From: a virus
Virus record (IMG/VR): IMGVR_UViG_3300046787_000390
Coordinates: 69,498 to 133,497 of that record
Direction: 5' to 3' (one strand)
DNA: 64,000 nt
This document shows positions 47,542 through 55,571 of the stretch, piece after piece. A program made the translations under genes and the position numbers. Positions within the stretch are counted from its first letter, which is position 1. Every line of letters starts with the position of its first letter. The notes beneath the pieces were generated by a model. That model had not been told where the DNA came from. It saw only the letters and a program-made list of their open reading frames with translations, and searched no databases.

Positions 47542-47736
47542 CATGATTCCCGATAACTTAGTAGAACAAGCAAAACAACTCATTCAACGTAATCCCGGAA
47601 CGAGACTCGATTGGGCACATGCTAACACAGAAGCTCGCACGTTGATGCTGATGCAAAAAGTTTATGACATCGGGTTTGACAATGGTTATGAACACCGCAA
47701 AAAAGTTGAAGCTAGTAACATGAAAGCCTAACATGA
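47526..47736 (+). repeat. 21-bp direct repeat TAACATGAAAGCCTAACATGA (47526-47546, 47716-47736) flanking a 62-aa gene
   Basis: Exact duplication; both upstream ORFs end in SNMKA*. Confidence 0.9.
47543..47731 (+). CDS. Hypothetical protein
   Basis: ORF between the direct repeats. Confidence 0.65.
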   Translation: MIPDNLVEQAKQLIQRNPGTRLDWAHANTEARTLMLMQKVYDIGFDNGYEHRKKVEASNMKA

Positions 47737-48008
47737 ATTTCAAACTCAAAGTTGGTGATGTTTGTAAACTGAATGAAGTGATTCCCGGCATTCATAAGTG
47801 CGACGACTGGAAGACAGGTTTATATCGTGTAACAAACATCTGGGCTCTAGGCTGTGTTGGCAAAGATCGAGAAGACCCACGCCGCCAAAGCTATAAGTTT
47901 GAGAAAATCAAAAAAGACGGTACAGTTTACAAAAGTTTCAACAACGGATATCGTTGCCAAGCATGGGATAAAATGATTGACGAAGGTCGAGTGGAGATTG
48001 TAAAATGA
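47733..48008 (+). CDS. Hypothetical protein
   Basis: ORF in an early operon. Confidence 0.65.
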   Translation: MNFKLKVGDVCKLNEVIPGIHKCDDWKTGLYRVTNIWALGCVGKDREDPRRQSYKFEKIKKDGTVYKSFNNGYRCQAWDKMIDEGRVEIVK

Positions 48009-48136
48009 AAGTCTGGCTCGTTTTTCGCAATGAAAAAATTGAATCTGTGTTTTACACAAAAGAAACAGCAGAGATTTTTGTTAAAGCATACGGCGGTTGG
48101 AACACTTGGAAGATTGTTGAAAAGGATGTGATATGA
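48005..48136 (+). CDS. Small protein (43 aa)
   Basis: Read by hand; ATGA coupling, GGAG RBS. Confidence 0.55.
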   Translation: MKVWLVFRNEKIESVFYTKETAEIFVKAYGGWNTWKIVEKDVI

Positions 48137-48270
48137 AAACATTTACAATCAAAGGTTATGTCAACGGTGTATTGATGGCAGAGGAATGTTCAGTAGAAGA
48201 ATCTGAAGTGCAAGAAGTTGTTGATGAACTTGAGTCAGAAGGTTTTGTTTGCGAAGTAGAGGAGAGTTAA
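48133..48270 (+). CDS. Small acidic protein (45 aa)
   Basis: Read by hand; AAGGA RBS. Confidence 0.55.
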   Translation: MKTFTIKGYVNGVLMAEECSVEESEVQEVVDELESEGFVCEVEES

Positions 48271-48271
48271 A

Positions 48272-48415
48272 ATGTTTATGCTCGAAGTGTCGAACAATGG
48301 GCATTGGGAAACCATTGCAGAGTTTTTTGAATCTGCGGAAGACGCAGAACTTTATTACCAGCACCAACTCGGTGGCTTTGAGAGCTATCGTGTGGTTGAA
48401 GCAGAAGAGGTGTAA
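48272..48415 (+). CDS. Small acidic protein (47 aa)
   Basis: Read by hand; GAGGAG RBS. Confidence 0.55.
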   Translation: MFMLEVSNNGHWETIAEFFESAEDAELYYQHQLGGFESYRVVEAEEV

Positions 48416-48416
48416 T

Positions 48417-48725
48417 ATGAAAGTCATTGCACAAATTAACGAAAACACAGTATTGTGTGAGGTAGCAGTTAATGAGATTGGTCGCTTGCATGGCGTATCT
48501 GGCCGCTATGACAGTGCCTGGAACAAGGTATGGGTCTCGGTTGGTGCCGAGCACGACATGACATCAGCATTTGCTGCGGTAGATACTTTGCGTGGATTTG
48601 ATGCAGCACAATTTCGCTATGTCAAACAACGTATAGATGAAATGTCCGATCAATTTGAAAAGGTTAAAACAGCTTACGAAAAGTTAACCTTGTTTGACAA
48701 GTTATCCGAAGACTCGATCAAATAA
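48417..48725 (+). CDS. Hypothetical protein
   Basis: GAGGTG RBS; start MKVIAQ. Confidence 0.65.
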   Translation: MKVIAQINENTVLCEVAVNEIGRLHGVSGRYDSAWNKVWVSVGAEHDMTSAFAAVDTLRGFDAAQFRYVKQRIDEMSDQFEKVKTAYEKLTLFDKLSEDSIK

Positions 48726-48736
48726 TACCAAACCGC

Positions 48737-48765
48737 TTGGCACAAAATATAGGTTCTGCTATAAT
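48737..48765 (+). promoter_or_regulatory. Variant early promoter TTGGCA-N17-(TG)CTATAAT
   Basis: Extended -10, exact spacing. Confidence 0.7.
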
Positions 48766-48788
48766 ATTGCATATCAACAAGGATACCA

Positions 48789-49061
48789 ATGATGAACAAA
48801 GAAATTGAACTAGTACCTGGTGGTGGCAACTACTACATGGCAATGGCATTCCACTGGGCATTTGTTGCCGTCTTTATTGCGCCAGTGGCTGTTGCGATCC
48901 TGCTTGCAATCGTTAACCCGCTTTGGTTCCGCGATGACTTTTTCCGTTGGATCGAAAACGGAGTAAACAAGTTGAGCCGTTGGCGCAACTACAAAAAGTA
49001 TCACATCTACTTGGGCACAGACCCTAAAATGTGGCACACACTCAAAGGTGATCTAAAGTAA
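48789..49061 (+). CDS. Small membrane protein
   Basis: One long hydrophobic segment. Confidence 0.7.
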   Translation: MMNKEIELVPGGGNYYMAMAFHWAFVAVFIAPVAVAILLAIVNPLWFRDDFFRWIENGVNKLSRWRNYKKYHIYLGTDPKMWHTLKGDLK

Positions 49062-49090
49062 TACTCAAGTATTACATTTTGTAACCCTAG

Positions 49091-49116
49091 AAACCCGCTT
49101 GATTGGCGGGTTTTTG
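49091..49116 (+). terminator. Rho-independent terminator fused to the next promoter
   Basis: AAACCCGC-TTGATTG-GCGGGTTT plus T tract. Confidence 0.8.
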
Positions 49117-49117
49117 T

Positions 49118-49170
49118 TTGACCAAAAATGCCCGATTTGCTATAATATACACATACAAAGCAAAAAGGAG
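49118..49170 (+). promoter_or_regulatory. Early promoter repeat copy with RBS
   Basis: TTGACC-N17-TATAATATACACATA...AAAAAGGAG. Confidence 0.9.
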
Positions 49171-49176
49171 TTTGAT

Positions 49177-49542
49177 ATGGCCCGTGAAACAAAAGCACAA
49201 CGCGAAGAACGTCTGGAACTAGAAGCGGCGCAACGACTCGAAGTTGCTAAGGCTACTTATGTTGAACGCATGATGGCAATCCTACGCCGTGCTTCTAAAC
49301 AGAACTTTGAACTGGACGTTTCAGAGTCAATGCGATTCCTGGTCACTGATCGAGACGGCCGCGAAGACTACTTTTATGTAAGTCCTGCATGGAACCAATC
49401 AGCTGATATGGAGCTTGTTGAGCTTGAGCAATCTGTAGAGTGGAAAGAGGAACGTGCCGCAGAAGCAGAGCGTCAATATAACTTGCGTAAAAATGCCCTG
49501 GCTAAGCTCACTGACGAAGAACGCAAAGCATTGAGTTTGTAA
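49177..49542 (+). CDS. Coiled-coil early protein ending ALAKLTDEERKAL
   Basis: RBS and promoter. Confidence 0.75.
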   Translation: MARETKAQREERLELEAAQRLEVAKATYVERMMAILRRASKQNFELDVSESMRFLVTDRDGREDYFYVSPAWNQSADMELVELEQSVEWKEERAAEAERQYNLRKNALAKLTDEERKALSL

Positions 49543-49597
49543 ACGGTTGACCAGAATTTACCGATTTGCTATAATATACACATAAAGAAACAAAAGG
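49541..49597 (+). repeat. 57-bp early promoter/RBS repeat, copy B
   Basis: See 47080-47136. Confidence 0.92.
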
Positions 49598-49605
49598 AAC
49601 TTGAT

Positions 49606-50028
49606 ATGACAATGCCCGCAGGACGATATTATGTTGGTGATCTGTGCTATGTTATGCACCCTGAATGGGACGAAGTTTGTAATTTGTTCTTCCCGGCTAA
49701 TCATCCACCACGTGGTGTTGAAGGTGAGTTCACTCTCAAAGACGGTCGCCGCTTTGCTAGTTTTGCCACAGCATATGGTGACGGTGGTTACCGTAGCAAC
49801 ATTGGTACTAGCCATTCAGTGGACGCTGGGATTATTGGTTGCATCCTTGTTGAAGACATTCGCGACGATGAAGCCAACGACATGGAAACGCTGGGTGCTA
49901 TTGTAGAGTTCACAAAGCCTTTTGAAGTGTCGTCAGATGGACGTGTGCTAGTGTTTGGACATGTTGAAATTGACACTGGCTTCGACGATGACGAAGAAGA
50001 ACACGATTGTTTTGATGACGAGGAGTAA
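49606..50028 (+). CDS. Conserved-looking phage hypothetical protein
   Basis: YVGDLCYV, TAYGDG.Y, VDAG.IG. Confidence 0.7.
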   Translation: MTMPAGRYYVGDLCYVMHPEWDEVCNLFFPANHPPRGVEGEFTLKDGRRFASFATAYGDGGYRSNIGTSHSVDAGIIGCILVEDIRDDEANDMETLGAIVEFTKPFEVSSDGRVLVFGHVEIDTGFDDDEEEHDCFDDEE

Positions 50029-50031
50029 ATT

Positions 50032-50406
50032 ATGCCCTGCCAAAGTTATGATTCAAGTTGGGATGACGGTAGCGATGCTCGTAAAATTCGCGAGCTGAAA
50101 AAGCAAGCTGACATGCTGGCACGTATTGCCTGCAAGGCGCTAACTGAGCTCGAAGCTAACAAGATTGAAGACATGCTGTTGCTCCGCGACGACGAAGTTC
50201 GAGTGTGGTGGAAAAAGCACAAAGAAGATGACGCACGTGAGCAGGCTCAGCTTGCAGAAAAAGCTCGTCGTGAAAAAGCAAAGAAGGATGCACTAGCAAA
50301 ACTTTCACCCGAAGAAAAGGAATTGTTGGGCTTGGGGTCCAAGTCGACTGCCAAACGCGGCTCAAAAGTTGCGTGGCCAACGATTGCTTGGAAAGAAGAT
50401 GAATAA
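50032..50406 (+). CDS. Coiled-coil protein with ALAKLSPEEKELLGL motif
   Basis: GAGGAG RBS; MPC start, WW..H...D. Confidence 0.7.
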   Translation: MPCQSYDSSWDDGSDARKIRELKKQADMLARIACKALTELEANKIEDMLLLRDDEVRVWWKKHKEDDAREQAQLAEKARREKAKKDALAKLSPEEKELLGLGSKSTAKRGSKVAWPTIAWKEDE

Positions 50407-51132
50407 ATGATTATCACAGCATACAAATCAGAAGCAGACGGTAAGATCTTTGAGGACAAGAAGAAGTACCAGAACCACCTGCGTACACTTGCACGTCATC
50501 GTCTGTCCCAACGTAAACTGCAAATAGCAGAAGCAGAGAAAGATGCACTCTGGGCAGAACTCTACGAGCGTGAGCAAAGCATTGATGACTGGTGCCAAAT
50601 GGTTATTGACAACCAGCACTTGTTCTGGGCAGAAGCTGCTCAAAGTGATTGGCGTGATTGGGATTGTGTTGGGAAGAAAAGTGGCCGGGGCAAAAATGCA
50701 ATGGTTATCCCAATGCCAAAAGTTCTAAAAATCAATCACCGACTTCAATGGAACGACTCTGTTAGTAATAGCCACTCGAGTCCTGTAGGCGGCGTCACAT
50801 GCTGGAGCAGTCACGAAGCCAAGGATGGTCGCCCACAAGGCTACCCAGGTTGGACTGGACACATTGAATGGCTTGTTGAATGGCCCAAGGAACTCGAAGG
50901 TATGTATCTTGGTAGCGACTTGTTCTCTAAAGGCACATTCCGCACAGGTCGTCAACGTGCTAACACTGGCACAGGTGGCGGTGGCGGTGGACACTTCAAC
51001 AAAGAGTTCAACACCTGGTGCCAGAATCCCAGCTACGACTTCAAGTTGTTTGCCGCAGACTGGCCCGGACTTGCTCGCTACTACGAAAAGCGTAAAATGT
51101 GGAAAACACTGAGCGACAAGGAATACGCATGA
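50407..51132 (+). CDS. Hypothetical protein
   Basis: SNSHSSP.GGVTCW, GYPGW.G, TGTGGG. Confidence 0.7.
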   Translation: MIITAYKSEADGKIFEDKKKYQNHLRTLARHRLSQRKLQIAEAEKDALWAELYEREQSIDDWCQMVIDNQHLFWAEAAQSDWRDWDCVGKKSGRGKNAMVIPMPKVLKINHRLQWNDSVSNSHSSPVGGVTCWSSHEAKDGRPQGYPGWTGHIEWLVEWPKELEGMYLGSDLFSKGTFRTGRQRANTGTGGGGGGHFNKEFNTWCQNPSYDFKLFAADWPGLARYYEKRKMWKTLSDKEYA

Positions 51133-51542
51133 TCCCTGAAGATCACAAAACCGCAGTGATCAGTAATGGCATACACTTTATGCGAAGCATTACTGAAGCC
51201 TACGGTGCCGATGAAGGGTTAAAGCTGTGGGATACCATTGCCAACACTCTTGACCCAGATGTCAAGGGACAGATCTTCATGGCCATGATTACTGGCAACT
51301 ACAACGATCGCATTCATCTGAAGAGTTTGTATCCTTCGGGACAATCTAATGCAGTAAGTTGTATCAAAACAATTCGTGAATGGGACAAGCGTGGGCTGGG
51401 CTTGAAAGAAGCCAAAGACATGTATGATCGTGTAAACTCTCGCACTGCTCGTCACGAGATCAGCAACGAATTCTTGCACATTCAACATGAAAAGTATCAT
51501 CTTGCTTTGGCTGCATTGCGTAACACAGGATTTAATGTATGA
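51129..51542 (+). CDS. Protein with ribosomal bL12 C-terminal-like domain
   Basis: VSCIKTIRE...GLGLKEAKDMYD resembles bL12 IK.VR...GLGLKEAKDLVE. Confidence 0.6.
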   Translation: MIPEDHKTAVISNGIHFMRSITEAYGADEGLKLWDTIANTLDPDVKGQIFMAMITGNYNDRIHLKSLYPSGQSNAVSCIKTIREWDKRGLGLKEAKDMYDRVNSRTARHEISNEFLHIQHEKYHLALAALRNTGFNV

Positions 51543-51847
51543 ACCGAGTTGTTAGAGACGGAATGGTTGCGGTGTTGTATTCGCCGGGTTATGGTGCTGG
51601 TTGGTTCTCTTGGAATACCAGTCGCCCGGAAATTTTGTTTGATCCTGCTATAGTTGAGTTAGTGGAACAGGAAAAGTGGGACGAGTTACAGGCATTTGTC
51701 ACACTCAAATATCCGGAGATCTACGCCGGCGGTTTGCGCGATTTGCAAATTTGGTGGCTCAAAGAAGGCACACAGTTTCAAGTAAACGAATACGATGGTA
51801 ACGAACATATCGAAACTCGAGATACTGTGGATTGGATAACAGCATGA
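51539..51847 (+). CDS. Hypothetical protein
   Basis: SPGYGAGW, EYDGNE motifs. Confidence 0.7.
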   Translation: MNRVVRDGMVAVLYSPGYGAGWFSWNTSRPEILFDPAIVELVEQEKWDELQAFVTLKYPEIYAGGLRDLQIWWLKEGTQFQVNEYDGNEHIETRDTVDWITA

Positions 51848-52122
51848 AAGCAAAGTTTACTATTGTTGAACGAGATACTGAGAACAACATTGTGTTCTTG
51901 CACGACAATGCATATGGGCACCATATGACCATCACCAACGATGCTGAACATGTTGTGGATTATTGTCGCTCACTATATGGCAATCGTGTTCGTGTTGTTT
52001 ATCTAGACACCGATAACGAATGGTGGGAACTTGTGTGGACAATCGGACGCACTCACACGTATGTTGCTTTTAAACCCTGGCACGGTTTGGTGTGGGACAA
52101 ACTAACAAAGGCAGAAGCATGA
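51844..52122 (+). CDS. Hypothetical protein
   Basis: TITNDAE.VV...Y.DT...W. Confidence 0.65.
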   Translation: MKAKFTIVERDTENNIVFLHDNAYGHHMTITNDAEHVVDYCRSLYGNRVRVVYLDTDNEWWELVWTIGRTHTYVAFKPWHGLVWDKLTKAEA

Positions 52123-52445
52123 ACTGGCACGAAGCGATTGATGAGATGTATAAGGGTAATGTGGTCCGATACATTGGCACAGAAAACGGTCCTGTATGGA
52201 CCGATAAGGGCTGGTCATTTTGTATGTGCCGTGGTGTGATATTTCGTTATAGAGATAGCAAGCCGGCATATCGTTCAGATGGTGCTATGGTATATGATCC
52301 AGACTTTAGATACGAACTAACAGGCGAAACTGTGGATACAAGGTATTGGCCCACAAAGCCAACGATTGTAAAAACACCTAGAGTGTTAGACAAAGAAACT
52401 GTGGCCAAGTTAGGCTACAGTCGTATAGGAAGGAACAATGTATGA
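52119..52445 (+). CDS. Hypothetical protein
   Basis: ATGA-coupled ORF. Confidence 0.6.
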   Translation: MNWHEAIDEMYKGNVVRYIGTENGPVWTDKGWSFCMCRGVIFRYRDSKPAYRSDGAMVYDPDFRYELTGETVDTRYWPTKPTIVKTPRVLDKETVAKLGYSRIGRNNV

Positions 52446-52660
52446 ACAGACGATTAAAAGAACTTGCCGCAGATGCCGGATATCCAGATTATATGACATA
52501 TGGTCAAGACAAGGTCCTAGAAAAGTTCGCCGAGTTGATCATTCAGGAATGTGCTGGCATCTGTGACCATCAAGGCCGTGCAGGATGGAATGATGACCGT
52601 AAGGCTCAAGCACGCCTGGATCGTGATTTAATTAAACAACATTTCGGAGTTGAAGAATGA
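52442..52660 (+). CDS. KFAELI...HFGVEE family small protein, copy 1
   Basis: Paralog of 52996-53259 and 53749-54003. Confidence 0.7.
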   Translation: MNRRLKELAADAGYPDYMTYGQDKVLEKFAELIIQECAGICDHQGRAGWNDDRKAQARLDRDLIKQHFGVEE

Positions 52661-52986
52661 GACTCATGCTAGGCACTAAAGAACGTCCAAGTTTGCTTGT
52701 CAATGTTGAGCAAGAGTATAGTCCCACACACTTTGACTTTTGGGTAGTCAACGGTGCCTGGGATGGCACCTACTACAATGGTTACGTCACTGTGCATCAT
52801 CCTTATAACCCACATTCCAGTCTTGACAAAGTAGAGATTTTGTGCAATAATCAAGACCGACTGCGGTCAAGCGACTGGTCGGGTGGCTACCAAGAAGTGT
52901 TCAACAACTTCCATGACGAAAACTATGTAGCACCTAAGCCTAAGCCAGTAGTATATGACGATATGGACGATGATATCCCGTTTTAA
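52657..52986 (+). CDS. Hypothetical protein ending in an SSB-like DDDIPF tail
   Basis: C-terminus YDDMDDDIPF. Confidence 0.7.
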   Translation: MRLMLGTKERPSLLVNVEQEYSPTHFDFWVVNGAWDGTYYNGYVTVHHPYNPHSSLDKVEILCNNQDRLRSSDWSGGYQEVFNNFHDENYVAPKPKPVVYDDMDDDIPF

Positions 52987-52995
52987 GGAAACAAA

Positions 52996-53259
52996 ATGAA
53001 AAAACAATTATTAAAATTATTCAACGAGGCTGGGTTCCATCGGCCTGAAATAGAACGACTGAGCGTTGAACACAAGTTTGAAAAATTCGCTGAGTTGATT
53101 GTTGCTGAATGTATGTCAATGTGCGAAGAAACACAAGCTGGCTATTTTAAGCATCGCAAGGCCGCAGATGATTTTCAAGACAAGAATATCTATGCCGAAG
53201 GTGAAGCAGCATGTGATGTTATCAAATACAAGATGAAGAAACATTTTGGAGTTGAATGA
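52996..53259 (+). CDS. KFAELI...HFGVE family small protein, copy 2
   Basis: Shared motifs. Confidence 0.7.
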   Translation: MKKQLLKLFNEAGFHRPEIERLSVEHKFEKFAELIVAECMSMCEETQAGYFKHRKAADDFQDKNIYAEGEAACDVIKYKMKKHFGVE

Positions 53260-53555
53260 TGAAAACAGTAGGATGGATTGATAATGGCGAAGTGCGTTGG
53301 CTGGGACAAGATCAACCTGCCGAAGGAACCACGCTGTTTGTGGAAGTGCCAAAAGTAGAGGAAGATCCAGGCGATCCCATTGGCTACACGCTGGAACCAA
53401 TTTACGCTACCAAGCGCGGTTATGTTACTACACAGGCTTTTATCTTGTGTTCCAGTTGTGGCGGTGCTATTTCTAGCAACGGTGGTCCTAAGTACAACTC
53501 ATTATGTTTAAAGTGTATTGAACAACTAGACTTGATCAACAAGTTAAAAGCATGA
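53256..53555 (+). CDS. Hypothetical protein with CxxC...CxxC
   Basis: CSSC and CLKC. Confidence 0.6.
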   Translation: MMKTVGWIDNGEVRWLGQDQPAEGTTLFVEVPKVEEDPGDPIGYTLEPIYATKRGYVTTQAFILCSSCGGAISSNGGPKYNSLCLKCIEQLDLINKLKA

Positions 53556-53752
53556 GCAGAGAAGCAGAAAATACATTCAGAGCACTAAAGGATCAGCCTC
53601 CGGTGGAAACTCGCCCCATTTGGTGTTGGTTTGGATTCCACAAGTGGACAAAATACAGTGATCCTAAACGAAGTGCAGCTAGCATTTATGTTAGACAAGG
53701 TCGATTCTGTGCAGCCTGCAATCAATACCACGAAAGAAAGTTTCACGAATGA
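53552..53752 (+). CDS. Small Zn-ribbon protein (C..G.H.W...C..C)
   Basis: WCWFGFHKW, RFCAAC. Confidence 0.6.
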   Translation: MSREAENTFRALKDQPPVETRPIWCWFGFHKWTKYSDPKRSAASIYVRQGRFCAACNQYHERKFHE

Positions 53753-54003
53753 GCAAACGAATCCAAGAACTTGCAGATCAAGCAAAGAAAAATGTTCCAC
53801 ACGGACTTAGCCCAGACAAGTGGATTGAAGTTTACAACGAAAAGTTTGCCGAGCTGGTTGTAGAAGCAGTATTGGATCAAGTGAAAGAACGTGCGTACTA
53901 CACAGGAGACCGGGACTGGAGTGACGAAGTGGATCGTCCCTGGATTCAGTTAGAATTTGGCTACGGCTCACTAGCCGATGCAAAGAAAGGTATTTTTAAA
54001 TGA
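53749..54003 (+). CDS. KFAELV family small protein, copy 3
   Basis: MSKRIQELADQA...EKFAELVV. Confidence 0.65.
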   Translation: MSKRIQELADQAKKNVPHGLSPDKWIEVYNEKFAELVVEAVLDQVKERAYYTGDRDWSDEVDRPWIQLEFGYGSLADAKKGIFK

Positions 54004-54272
54004 CAACCTTAACCTACTACAAAATTCGCAAGAAGTCTGATCCCACCCTGTTTCGCAAAGCAGATGGTACATGGAACCAATCGGGCAAAGTGTATGACAC
54101 CTTGGGTAAACTTCGTGCTACAATTACTAATCACATGAACAGTTACAGCGAGTACCAACGCGAAAAACTAAAGGACTTTGAGATTGTGGAATATGAAGTG
54201 CGTGTGAAAGAAGTTAAACAATTAATTGATGTCATTGACCCTAAGAAGGTCTGGGACTTGTTAAAAAAATGA
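54000..54272 (+). CDS. Hypothetical protein
   Basis: Coupled ORF. Confidence 0.65.
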   Translation: MTTLTYYKIRKKSDPTLFRKADGTWNQSGKVYDTLGKLRATITNHMNSYSEYQREKLKDFEIVEYEVRVKEVKQLIDVIDPKKVWDLLKK

Positions 54273-54604
54273 ATATTCGAATGTACCTAGCATTTTTCAA
54301 ATGGTGCTTTATGCGAATCTTCGGCGGTTGTTTCAACCTCGCTGAAACATTCAGATATGAATTGAAGAAGGGGGCTCCTGAATCAATCTTTGCTATCTGC
54401 GGATTTCTTATTCTTTCAGTGATTACCTTGCTAGTGACACTATTGTTATCTGCTTGGTTGATTGAAGATAAAGCTACCGTTGGTATTATCGGAGCATCCT
54501 GCTTCTGGCTCGCAGTATTTACATTCTTCTACAACATTGTCAAGGCAGCGTTTGAATGTTTCTTGGTCGAGCGTGAACGATTATTTGAAAGGTTAAAACA
54601 ATGA
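54269..54604 (+). CDS. Membrane protein
   Basis: Two TM segments. Confidence 0.65.
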   Translation: MNIRMYLAFFKWCFMRIFGGCFNLAETFRYELKKGAPESIFAICGFLILSVITLLVTLLLSAWLIEDKATVGIIGASCFWLAVFTFFYNIVKAAFECFLVERERLFERLKQ

Positions 54605-54966
54605 ACGATACACTAATACTCATTGCACTGTTGTTTACAAAACACTTCATTGTAGACTTTCCGCTACAACCACGGTACCAGTATTCTAACAAAGGCACAT
54701 ACGGTCATCCGGGTGGCTTGCTACACGCATCACTGCATGGTGCAGGCACCTGGTTGTGTTTTGTTTGGTATGCACCGATGGCCGCATTATTTCTAAGTTT
54801 GTTTGATGCAGTGATTCACTATCACATTGACTGGGCAAAGATGAACCTAAATTCTAAGATGGGTTGGGGGCCTACCACACATGAACAGTTTTGGTGGCTG
54901 TTGGGCCTGGATCAATTCCTGCATGCTATGACTTATGTTGGATTAGTTGCATTGGTAACAGTGTAA
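54601..54966 (+). CDS. DUF3307-like membrane protein
   Basis: HFIVDFPLQ, H...H, HYHIDWAK, GLDQFLH. Confidence 0.75.
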   Translation: MNDTLILIALLFTKHFIVDFPLQPRYQYSNKGTYGHPGGLLHASLHGAGTWLCFVWYAPMAALFLSLFDAVIHYHIDWAKMNLNSKMGWGPTTHEQFWWLLGLDQFLHAMTYVGLVALVTV

Positions 54967-55208
54967 TGTCTTACTATGTTGATGGTATAGCATATGACTT
55001 CTTGCTACTGCCTTGTGGTAGCAAAGCATACTTTGACGAAGATTCGGGCATTAGTTATCGTTGCGAATTGTGCGGCGCGGTTGTAGGCTCAATTGGTCAG
55101 CCGCAGGGTTGCAAAGACGAAATGGACAAGTGGGATAACTGGGCAAGGCTTGGCGGCAAAGGCTGGAACTATCAAACAGGAGCACCAAATGACGCTGCCC
55201 GAGTTTGA
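54966..55208 (+). CDS. Cys-rich small protein
   Basis: PCG...YRCELCGAVVGSIGQP..C. Confidence 0.6.
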   Translation: MSYYVDGIAYDFLLLPCGSKAYFDEDSGISYRCELCGAVVGSIGQPQGCKDEMDKWDNWARLGGKGWNYQTGAPNDAARV

Positions 55209-55548
55209 ACTAGACCCGACATATCTCACTGACGTGGTTGTTCGACAAACATGGGGCATGTATGATCACAAAAAGCCCGAAGAACTCACACACGACGAAG
55301 TTATTAAAATCCTCAAAGGCGAAGATCAATGCAGTAGCACAGGCACAAAAGATCATCCAGAGTTCTCAGAACTACGTGAACAATTGGGCACAGATGGATA
55401 CATTGAAATTCAGAGATCCTGGTGGAATGGCGATCGTGTGCTAAAGCCTTTTGTGTTTAACGGAGTTGAGTTTGAAGTAGGTGAAAAGTTTTGCTGTGCC
55501 TGCGCAATGGCAGGCCATTTGAAATTTGCAAAAGAATACAAAAAGTAA
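55189..55548 (+). CDS. Hypothetical protein
   Basis: AGGAG RBS; DHPEF, WWNGDRV. Confidence 0.65.
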   Translation: MTLPEFELDPTYLTDVVVRQTWGMYDHKKPEELTHDEVIKILKGEDQCSSTGTKDHPEFSELREQLGTDGYIEIQRSWWNGDRVLKPFVFNGVEFEVGEKFCCACAMAGHLKFAKEYKK

Positions 55549-55571
55549 ACCCAAAGTGTTACTTTTTAACT

